A DNA stretch of 64,000 nt, taken from contig JBAZSW010000001.1 in NCBI GenBank assembly GCA_041662245.1, positions 119,757 to 183,756 on the forward strand, read 5' to 3'. The notes beneath the pieces are model-generated. The model had not been told where the DNA came from. It made no database searches and saw nothing but the letters and a program-made list of their open reading frames with translations. The translations under genes and the position numbers were made by a program. The DNA is from Parcubacteria group bacterium. Lineage in GTDB: Bacteria; Patescibacteriota; Minisyncoccia; Moranbacterales; UBA9337. Shown here in pieces: positions 18,785 through 25,727 of this stretch. Every line of letters begins with the position of its first letter. Position 1 is the first letter of the stretch.

Positions 18785-19336
18785 ATGGTTAAGCTGGGTG
18801 ATATTTGTGATATATATATTGGCGGGACACCATCAAGGAAAATTGGTAAATATTGGGGCGGAAAAAATCTCTGGGTTAAAATAAAAGATATGAAGAAGAA
18901 TGCTTCTTCTATAATGGATACGGAGGAAAAGATAACAGATGAGGGTATCAATAAGTCCAGCGTTAAGCTTCTCAAAAAAGGAACTTTATTGTTTAGTTTT
19001 AAATTAACAATAGGAAAGGTTGTTATTGCAGGAAGAGATCTCTATACAAACGAAGCTATCGCTGGTATAGTTCCGAAGGACGGTAAGGTTTTAATGAAAT
19101 ATTTATATTACATATTGCCTAGGTTAGATTATTTATCTTATTGTCAACGAGCAACGAAAGGTATGACTTTAAACAAAGAAATCTTAAATAGCCTGAGTAT
19201 ACCATTGCCTTCTGTTGCAGAACAAGAAAAAATAATAAAAAAGCTTGATGAAATAGAATTGAGAAAATATAAATATTTAGAGAATTTAAAAAATGCCACC
19301 GCTGAGCAAGATAGAGAAATTTTAAATATCTTGTAG
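18785..19336 (+). CDS. Type I restriction-modification specificity subunit HsdS-like, single target-recognition domain (orphan)
   Basis: LGDICDIYIGGTPSRK start. TRD core with NEAIAGIVP. C-terminal conserved region SIPLPSVAEQEKIIKKLDEIE (PLPPLAEQ-type). Only 183 aa. No hsdM/hsdR in the window. Confidence 0.65.
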   Translation: MVKLGDICDIYIGGTPSRKIGKYWGGKNLWVKIKDMKKNASSIMDTEEKITDEGINKSSVKLLKKGTLLFSFKLTIGKVVIAGRDLYTNEAIAGIVPKDGKVLMKYLYYILPRLDYLSYCQRATKGMTLNKEILNSLSIPLPSVAEQEKIIKKLDEIELRKYKYLENLKNATAEQDREILNIL

Positions 19337-19373
19337 CAGTATAAATTTTTTAATATTCAATTTATTTGTTATA

Positions 19374-20045
19374 ATGAAAAAAAGAAATAAATCAAAAACA
19401 AATATGAAAAAAAAATCATTAATCACGCATAGTCAACATTTTGTTCTTACAAATGATAAAATAATTCGTACCGCTCTTAAAGAAAAATTAGAGGAGTCTT
19501 ATTTTGGAATAAAAAATACTAAGATTATTGAAGAATTAGGCATTACTCATGGGGAGGCTCGTATTGACATAGCTGTTGTTAACGGTGTTATACATGGCTA
19601 TGAACTAAAGAGTGACAGGGACACATTAAAACGGTTGCCTGGTCAGATTGAAATATATAACACAGTTCTTGATAAGGTAACACTAGTGGTGGGAATGAAT
19701 CATTTGCATGAAGCGATGAAAATCGTTCCAGATTGGTGGGGTATAACAATTGCAAAAATAGTAAATTCAGATAGCGTAGTTTCTTTTTTTAATATTCGAG
19801 AACCAGAAGAAAATAAAAATCAAAACAGCGCTGCTGTTGCTGCACTGTTATGGAGAGAAGAAGCTCTCAAAATATTGGAGAATATAGGACAAGCCAAGGG
19901 GATGCAATCAAAAAGTAGAAAGGCTATATATGAAAAATTGGCTGATGTTTTAGAAAAAAAATCTTTAAATAAAATCGTTCGGGAACAGCTACGTACTAGG
20001 GTAAATTGGCGATCTGATTTGCAGTGCATACCAAGTGGTGGTTAA
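19374..20045 (+). CDS. PD-(D/E)xK-fold nuclease-like protein (sce7726-family-like)
   Basis: Motif GEARIDIAVVNGVIHGYELKSDRD (D ... E-x-K). Convergent with, and overlapping, a 372-aa partner gene. The family assignment comes from memory of family descriptions, not a search. The true start may be the second Met (MKKKSL, ~19404). Confidence 0.4.
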   Translation: MKKRNKSKTNMKKKSLITHSQHFVLTNDKIIRTALKEKLEESYFGIKNTKIIEELGITHGEARIDIAVVNGVIHGYELKSDRDTLKRLPGQIEIYNTVLDKVTLVVGMNHLHEAMKIVPDWWGITIAKIVNSDSVVSFFNIREPEENKNQNSAAVAALLWREEALKILENIGQAKGMQSKSRKAIYEKLADVLEKKSLNKIVREQLRTRVNWRSDLQCIPSGG

Positions 20046-21114
20046 TACCTGCTGTTAGCCATGTTTCAGTGCTTCCAGTGCCTTTAATTTCTGGGTTTAG
20101 TTGGTATTTTTCAAAATGTTTCCCCTTATCAAATATATACTTGTCGCCAATGCTAAAATTTTCTCCCATAAAAAGATCTACATCCTCTGATAGTAGTTTT
20201 GCATTGGCTAAATAGAGTTCATACTTTTGTTTTTTACCTTTCATGATTAGCCAATTACTTTCCAGTGTATATTTTATACTAGTGGTGGGAGGAAAGAATT
20301 GAAAAGATTCTTTGTATATTGGATGCTGAATTGTGTAATCTGCAAATATCGGATTTCTTTGCAGGGTTTTTGCGCTAACATAACCAAGCCAACCTATCCA
20401 ATCATGACGAGGAAGATAATTTTCTTCATCAAGTTTGCACTTGGATAAATCTAGGGGAAAAGCGCCACCTGCAAAAATAAATGATCTCCATTTTGATAGG
20501 TTGTGAATTTGCTGACTCTTAGTTATATATGTTTGATATTTGCCATCATTTTCTTCGACACTTTTAATATCTACTAATAGGTCAATATTCTTTTCTTCTA
20601 GATTGTAAGAAGTTAAAAAATCATTAATTTTTTTATTCAGCACATCTATGTCAGAGAAATCAGAACAAACTATTCGCAAGCACAAACCGTTGTTGTGTTT
20701 TTTTGCTAATAATCCGACGATATTTTTAATCTGAAGATCATCGTTAATGTTTATCACTGGAATCAAAACCATCCCGTTGGCACCTCCTTTTGTTAGTATT
20801 TTTTCAAAGCATGTTATTTTCAATGACGTGGTGTATAGGAGACTAAAATCAATAAATATTGGATCTTTTCCCCAAAACTTCAAAATTTCTTCTGAAATTT
20901 CAGGTATTTTTTCACTAAACGTTGCTATGACTTTATTAAATTTTTCCTCTTGAGTTTGTTCCGATGCTTCTTTTGTGCTTGATTTTGGCTTTGGCATTAC
21001 GAACTGAATTAGTGGAGTAATATATCTTTTACTTTCATCATTTAAAGCCTCTAGGGCTTTTTGCTCAGCACGTTTCCATTTTAATATTGGCACATAATGT
21101 TTTGCTTCAAACAT
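19996..21114 (-). CDS. Hypothetical 372-aa protein, possible Beta-protein (PF14350)/sce7725-family-like partner of the PD-(D/E)xK protein
   Basis: N-terminus MFEAKHYVPILKWKRAEQKALEAL resembles the YVPILK.K.GE..AL start I recall for Beta_protein/sce7725 families. Its 3' end overlaps the convergent gene at 19374-20045 by about 50 nt. This is an inference only. Confidence 0.3.
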   Translation of the reverse strand: MFEAKHYVPILKWKRAEQKALEALNDESKRYITPLIQFVMPKPKSSTKEASEQTQEEKFNKVIATFSEKIPEISEEILKFWGKDPIFIDFSLLYTTSLKITCFEKILTKGGANGMVLIPVININDDLQIKNIVGLLAKKHNNGLCLRIVCSDFSDIDVLNKKINDFLTSYNLEEKNIDLLVDIKSVEENDGKYQTYITKSQQIHNLSKWRSFIFAGGAFPLDLSKCKLDEENYLPRHDWIGWLGYVSAKTLQRNPIFADYTIQHPIYKESFQFFPPTTSIKYTLESNWLIMKGKKQKYELYLANAKLLSEDVDLFMGENFSIGDKYIFDKGKHFEKYQLNPEIKGTGSTETWLTAGINHHLVCTANQIANLP

Positions 21115-21115
21115 A

Positions 21116-22321
21116 CTAGTTAGTCCATTTTTCCTCAGGAAAATATTCTTTAACTTTTGCCTGATTTATAATGTTATTTAAATAAATATAATTACCTCCA
21201 GCGCGTCGCATTTTACCAGCAACGATAGCTATGTGTATTCCCAATTCCCTTGCTAGACTTTTTGCTGCCATAGAGTTAGGCATCAAACTAGCTGGGCTTA
21301 CCTCCCATCTACCCTCAGGAACGAGAGCTTCCGATGCTAATTTATCAGCTTCATCTTCCGTGATATTAATATCAGTATTATCTAAATCGTCATAGAAAAA
21401 ATCAGATCCTTGGTTGTAGTGAAGCGCAATATGTGCAAGTTCATGCATTAGGGTAAACCAAAAGTTATCAAGACGATTATGTCGGATTGTTAGTCCGATA
21501 ATAGGTTTATTTTTGTTTGTTAGAATTGTTGCACCATCCAGGTATGTTTGAGTGAAGTGAGGTTCTATTATTAAAATAATCCCATATTTTTTTAAAAAAT
21601 TACGAGCAGCAACAGGTCCATTTTCTCTTATGCTTAATTTTGCCAATTCTTGCATAAAGGTTAAATTTATTAACTCCGACTTAAATGGGGAAACATTTTT
21701 TATTTTGCTTGCTTTTCTTACTACAATAGTAGACCAAACAACGAGAGCATGTTTATCCATAGGTCGTGTGGATCTGTAGTTGGTTTTACGAAGCATTCCG
21801 GATAGGCATGCTGGGGAGCCCACAGGAGCAAAAAAATTTTCCATCACGGTTTTTATATCAGATATTGTAGATAATTTTTCTAAATATCCTCGCCTTATCA
21901 TTTCCTTTAATGGGAAACGGTTCCAGACAATATTTTCTGTATTTCTGAATTCGTCAGCTTCTTTTAATAGGACTTTTGCAGGAATACCTAATCCGGCTTC
22001 AAGAGCTCTTATCATTGAAAGAGTTAATTGTCTTTTGCGAGAGAGAATTTCTGAGACCTTGCTTCTGCTTCCGATATAAGGTACTAAATCTGATGGTTTT
22101 AAATTCTGTTGTTCCATTCTAAATAAGATCGCATCAATTGGATCTGGCAAAGACTCCGGAATTATTTTTGATTCATAATCCTTTATTAGTGTTATTAGGA
22201 GACTTAGTTTTTCACCATTCTCTGAGTTAGGATCGGGATTTTTGTCCATTAAATTCTCGACTAACTTTATAGCCTCTTGATAATCTTCTTCAGTTTTTAT
22301 AACCTTGATTTTAGTTGTCAT
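21116..22321 (-). CDS. HTH (XRE-like) + ImmA/IrrE-family zinc metallopeptidase fusion; HigA-type antitoxin partner of HigB
   Basis: HEXXH motif in MHELAHIALH with downstream FYDD (COG2856-like). N-terminal helix-turn-helix region. It lies 15 nt downstream of the HigB-like gene on the same strand. Confidence 0.65.
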   Translation of the reverse strand: MTTKIKVIKTEEDYQEAIKLVENLMDKNPDPNSENGEKLSLLITLIKDYESKIIPESLPDPIDAILFRMEQQNLKPSDLVPYIGSRSKVSEILSRKRQLTLSMIRALEAGLGIPAKVLLKEADEFRNTENIVWNRFPLKEMIRRGYLEKLSTISDIKTVMENFFAPVGSPACLSGMLRKTNYRSTRPMDKHALVVWSTIVVRKASKIKNVSPFKSELINLTFMQELAKLSIRENGPVAARNFLKKYGIILIIEPHFTQTYLDGATILTNKNKPIIGLTIRHNRLDNFWFTLMHELAHIALHYNQGSDFFYDDLDNTDINITEDEADKLASEALVPEGRWEVSPASLMPNSMAAKSLARELGIHIAIVAGKMRRAGGNYIYLNNIINQAKVKEYFPEEKWTN

Positions 22322-22336
22322 AGTATTTTCTGGTTA

Positions 22337-22615
22337 TTACCAGCTCATATATTCATTATGTGTGCCGGCATTCATTATTAGGACCGCTTCGTATGGGTAG
22401 TTGATCTTAGTTTTTAGTCTGTATTTAACTCCTTTTAAATTAAATATCACAGTATTGTCTGCTAAAAAACTCGCACTAGCATAGCGCTGCTTGATATCTT
22501 GTGGCGTGCACCACCTTGCCATTGCTACTTCGGCTTCCCAAGCGTCTACCTGTGAACGGACATCAGCGTGCTTTTGCTTGAAAGTATGTAATTTTTCTTT
22601 ACCAAGGATATTCAT
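22337..22615 (-). CDS. higB: HigB-family type II toxin (RelE/ParE superfamily)
   Basis: MNILGKEKLHTFKQKHADVRSQVDAWEAEVAMARWCTPQDIKQRYASASFLADNTVIFNLKGVKYRLKTKINY matches the HigB pattern (KHPDAR..L.AWY.EV..A.W..P.D.K..Y.SAS...DN.VVFNI.GNKYRL). The ORF-track start 22642 is 9 codons upstream. The internal Met at 22615 fits HigB homolog length. Confidence 0.75.
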   Translation of the reverse strand: MNILGKEKLHTFKQKHADVRSQVDAWEAEVAMARWCTPQDIKQRYASASFLADNTVIFNLKGVKYRLKTKINYPYEAVLIMNAGTHNEYMSW

Positions 22616-22634
22616 TATTATTGACTGTATAATT

Positions 22635-22651
22635 GTTCCCATTATGGGAAC
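22635..22651. promoter_or_regulatory. Perfect inverted repeat GTTCCCAT-T-ATGGGAAC immediately upstream of higB; candidate HigA operator
   Basis: 8-bp arms of perfect dyad symmetry about 20 bp upstream of the proposed higB start. Confidence 0.4.
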
Positions 22652-22910
22652 ATAATATCATGTGACGAATGAGTTGTCAAGATATGAAAAAATAGGTCTT
22701 TATTGAGCTTTTTTGTTAGCTTTCAAATTTTGTGCATAGTCGCTTCAACTTTCCCGTATTAGGCAAATCCGTTACGTTTTCTTGATTGTTTGATAAGTGG
22801 GCAAATAAGAGTTAATTGGGCTACTCGAGATTAATTAACCTAATCTGTCACTGTGGCAGTTTGTTACTTCTTGTTTCTTGAAACAGGTTCGAACTTCGTC
22901 CAAGATTCGG

Positions 22911-23203
22911 AGCAAATTAAGAAAGATACCTGCAAAGGTATCTTTTTTAATTTTCTCCGCGAAGAAAGTGAATGGTTTCACTTTTGTGAGGGTTCGAAAG
23001 TTGGAGTGTTGTGTGAGTTTTTCTGTTTAAACAGAAAAGGCGAACACCACGAGACGGGGTCGCGAAATTTTTACGTCAGGAAAAATATTTGTGACCAAAT
23101 CTCTCTCGCGGAGCTGCGAAAAACTCAAAAAAGACTACCTTATCAGGATAGTCTTTTTTCGTCTCATTTATTTAAGGACCGTCTTAGTCGATTAGTTTTT
23201 TAA
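22911..23203 (+). repeat. Direct repeat 2 of island (copy of 17793-18085, ~93% identical)
   Basis: Shares the start GGAGCAAATTAAGAAAGATACCTGCAAAGGTATCTTTTTTAATT and the internal CTCGCGGAGCTGCGAAAAACTCAAAAAAGACTACCTTATCAGGATA block. The ORF 22853-23203 predicted inside it is judged spurious. Confidence 0.8.
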
Positions 23204-23403
23204 TTTGTATTAGTTGTGTTATACTATATGTAATGGTTGAAGGGTGCATTGTTGACTAAATTGAATTTTTGTATTATTATATAAAATCAATTATTATCAT
23301 AAAAATATGTTTAAATTTTTGGGTTTAAAAAAGAATAAAAAGGACTTTCAGGCTGTTGCAAGGAAGCAATTAAAAAAGAACAAGGCAGTTCTAAAGTCTT
23401 TGC

Positions 23404-23820
23404 GTGATTATGACGAAGGAAAAAAAGAAATTTCAACAACTAACGTCAGAAAACATTTGCAACATATACAAGCTTCTCTATAAAGAGGGGCTTGTTTCTT
23501 TTCCGGTAGAAGAATGTGTTACCAATAAGATTGAAGCCCTTATTTCAAGTGTAAATAGTGTTTATTTTGGAAAAGATATATATCCATCTCATGGAGAAAA
23601 AGCAGTAGCACATCTTTATTTTATTATAAAAGATCATATATTTGTTGATGGAAACAAGCGGACAGCTTGTCTTTCTTTTTCTGTTTTGTGCGAATTAAAT
23701 GATTTGAATCCGAAATATAAGAATTTTACATTAGATGAGTTAGCTGTTCTTCTGGAGGATTATAAAGGGAAAAATCACCAAGTATTGATTAAGGAAGTTG
23801 CCAAACTTTTATTTAATTAA
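23404..23820 (+). CDS. doc: Doc (death-on-curing) family toxin, Fic fold
   Basis: Doc/Fic motif HIFVDGNKRTA (H.F.DGNKRT). The likely ATG start is at 23410 (the track start is a GTG). Confidence 0.7.
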   Translation: MIMTKEKKKFQQLTSENICNIYKLLYKEGLVSFPVEECVTNKIEALISSVNSVYFGKDIYPSHGEKAVAHLYFIIKDHIFVDGNKRTACLSFSVLCELNDLNPKYKNFTLDELAVLLEDYKGKNHQVLIKEVAKLLFN

Positions 23821-23838
23821 AGGGTGCTTAATTAATTT

Positions 23839-23853
23839 CTAGGACCGTCCTAG
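23839..23853. repeat. Third copy of 15-bp palindrome CTAGGACCGTCCTAG (REP-like)
   Basis: Identical to copies at 18060-18074 and 18768-18782. It shares the extended flank AATTTCTAGGACCGTCCTAGCTA with copy 2. Confidence 0.7.
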
Positions 23854-23895
23854 CTATTTATTTTCAGGAAGCCTGTCCAAGATTGAGGATCTTGC
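23853..23895 (+). terminator. Rho-independent terminator after doc
   Basis: Stem AAGCCTG ... CAGGCTT followed by TTTTTTT. Confidence 0.5.
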
Positions 23896-24016
23896 AGGCT
23901 TTTTTTATTAAATATTATTAGCTCTTTACAAGCGTGTTTATAAATGCTAGTTTTTATGCAGTCATTGGGTTAAAAAATTATTTTTAGCGAAAACTCAACT
24001 CTTAAGGGAGAGAAAA

Positions 24017-24400
24017 ATGAAAAGACTATTAGTTGTTGTGACAGTTTTTTTGGTGATTATCTCAGCAGGACAATCTTTCGGCTTGGGATATACATCAGAT
24101 GAAGGAGGTTCGGACTTAAAAAAATCTGAAAATCCAAATTTGGAAAGTGAAAAAAGACAAACACTTCCAAAACAAGCACATCAAGAAAGCGCAAAAAAAA
24201 TGCAACCAGATTCTTCTGGTCGGTATTCGGAAAATGTGAATGGATATGAAGTTCATTCTAATAATCCGATAAATGTTCTACCTCCATCATCTGGTGGAAC
24301 TATCACAGTCCAGGGGAATGAGACGATTGTACGGCCGAATTCTTCCGGTGGCATACAAGCAGTCGGTGGTGGAGATATATTCATCGTTCCAAATAAATAA
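24017..24400 (+). CDS. Small secreted hypothetical protein (signal peptide)
   Basis: N-terminal MKRLLVVVTVFLVIISAGQSFG signal-like segment. Low-complexity mature part. A strong terminator follows. Confidence 0.45.
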   Translation: MKRLLVVVTVFLVIISAGQSFGLGYTSDEGGSDLKKSENPNLESEKRQTLPKQAHQESAKKMQPDSSGRYSENVNGYEVHSNNPINVLPPSSGGTITVQGNETIVRPNSSGGIQAVGGGDIFIVPNK

Positions 24401-24445
24401 CCCACCGCGGAAAACCTTCCGTTTCGGTGGGTTTTCTTTTTGAAG
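24401..24445 (+). terminator. Rho-independent terminator
   Basis: CCCACCGCGGAAAACCTTCCGTTTCGGTGGG hairpin followed by TTTTCTTTTT. Confidence 0.65.
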
Positions 24446-24547
24446 TATGATTACACTTATTTACATTTAATAAATTTTATGTTATTCTGAGCTTCGCAGT
24501 TTTTTGACAATCCAGAGTATCTTTTCAACTCAATATTTGGGGGATAT

Positions 24548-25603
24548 ATGACAAAAACATTAAATTCGCAATTGAAAGTAGGGCGTTCATTTATGAGAAG
24601 AACATTAACTGAGAATGAAATAAATCAATACAAATTCAGTGATAAAAATTATGCTTATTTTGAGAAAAAGTATAAGGTCGTAAAAAAAGATTTGATTAGA
24701 CTAATATGTTTAATTGAAGAACTAGATGATCTAATAATCAGAAGAAAGATGAATGTATTAACATGGGAACCAATCGGTGAAGGAATATCTCATATAACCC
24801 AAATGGCGAAAAAAATCGGATTAAACAATTGCACGCTGATGAAGTTCATTCCAGATTTGGAGAGGTTTAATGAAAACCTGAAAGAAAGATCTTTTGGGAT
24901 GTTTGTAAAAAAATATCGAAGGATTTTTGGATTAACAGCAAAAGAATTGTCAACAAAGACCAAAATCTCTTTGAATTTTATTAATTCCGTTGAGTCTGGA
25001 ATTCATTTTCCTATTCCAAATAAAGCTAATGCAATTGCTAAAATTTTAAATTTAAACGGAGAAGCTAAACGAATATATTTCCAAATATATCGCAAAGAAA
25101 GAGGACTAAGGAGTTTAACTAGTCGGTTTGAACCTTCAGAAAAAAGAGGTCTTGGATTTATATTAAGGCAAATTAGAATTTCTGGGGGCTGGAGTCAGGC
25201 TGAGTTAAGTAAGAAAAATATAATTAGCATTTGTGGATTATGTAAGATAGAAAGAGGTAAACATCCGCCAAGCGAAAAATCGTTGAGAAAACTTGTAAAA
25301 TTTTATAAGTTGCCTAAAGATGATTTGGTTAATATGCTGGATCTCCTCTGCAGGATAAAAGGAGCGCCAAATCAAATCATTTGTAAAGACAACGTGGGTA
25401 AAATGCTGAAAAGTTTGAGAAAGAGAGAAGGCATTTCTCAAGGATTTTTAGCTGAACAATTAGGGGTTAATTTTTCCTTAGTTAGTTTTTGGGAATCCAA
25501 TAAGCGATTTATAAATTTAAAATATATTGATGGCATTACAAAAATTTTAAATTTATCAGAGCAAGAGAAAGAGGAGTTATTGATAAAAATCGACAAAGAC
25601 TAA
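24548..25603 (+). CDS. Transcriptional regulator with three XRE-family helix-turn-helix domains
   Basis: Repeated HTH_XRE-like segments: FGLTAKELSTKTKISLNFINSVESG, GGWSQAELSKKNIISICGLCKIERG and EGISQGFLAEQLGVNFSLVSFWESNKR. Confidence 0.6.
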   Translation: MTKTLNSQLKVGRSFMRRTLTENEINQYKFSDKNYAYFEKKYKVVKKDLIRLICLIEELDDLIIRRKMNVLTWEPIGEGISHITQMAKKIGLNNCTLMKFIPDLERFNENLKERSFGMFVKKYRRIFGLTAKELSTKTKISLNFINSVESGIHFPIPNKANAIAKILNLNGEAKRIYFQIYRKERGLRSLTSRFEPSEKRGLGFILRQIRISGGWSQAELSKKNIISICGLCKIERGKHPPSEKSLRKLVKFYKLPKDDLVNMLDLLCRIKGAPNQIICKDNVGKMLKSLRKREGISQGFLAEQLGVNFSLVSFWESNKRFINLKYIDGITKILNLSEQEKEELLIKIDKD

Positions 25604-25619
25604 TTTCAATTCTTTAAAG

Positions 25620-25662
25620 ATTTATAACCGCTCAATAGAAATCATTTCTATTAGAGCGGTTT
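25620..25662 (+). terminator. Rho-independent terminator after regulator gene
   Basis: AACCGCTC ... GAGCGGTTTT hairpin. Confidence 0.5.
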
Positions 25663-25727
25663 TGTTTTGAATAAATTTTTTAGATTCATCAAAAAATAAT
25701 TTTAAATATGTATTTTGACAAGTATTA

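Larger units (their letters stand above)
17793..23203. mobile_element. Putative integrated genomic island at tRNA 3' end, bounded by ~290-bp direct repeats; cargo: RayT-like transposase, HsdS fragment, PD-(D/E)xK + partner module, HigB/HTH-ImmA; no integrase detected
   Basis: Direct repeats at 17793-18085 and 22911-23203 each carry copies of the tRNA 3' end. The cargo genes are defense/toxin/mobile types. Confidence 0.6.
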
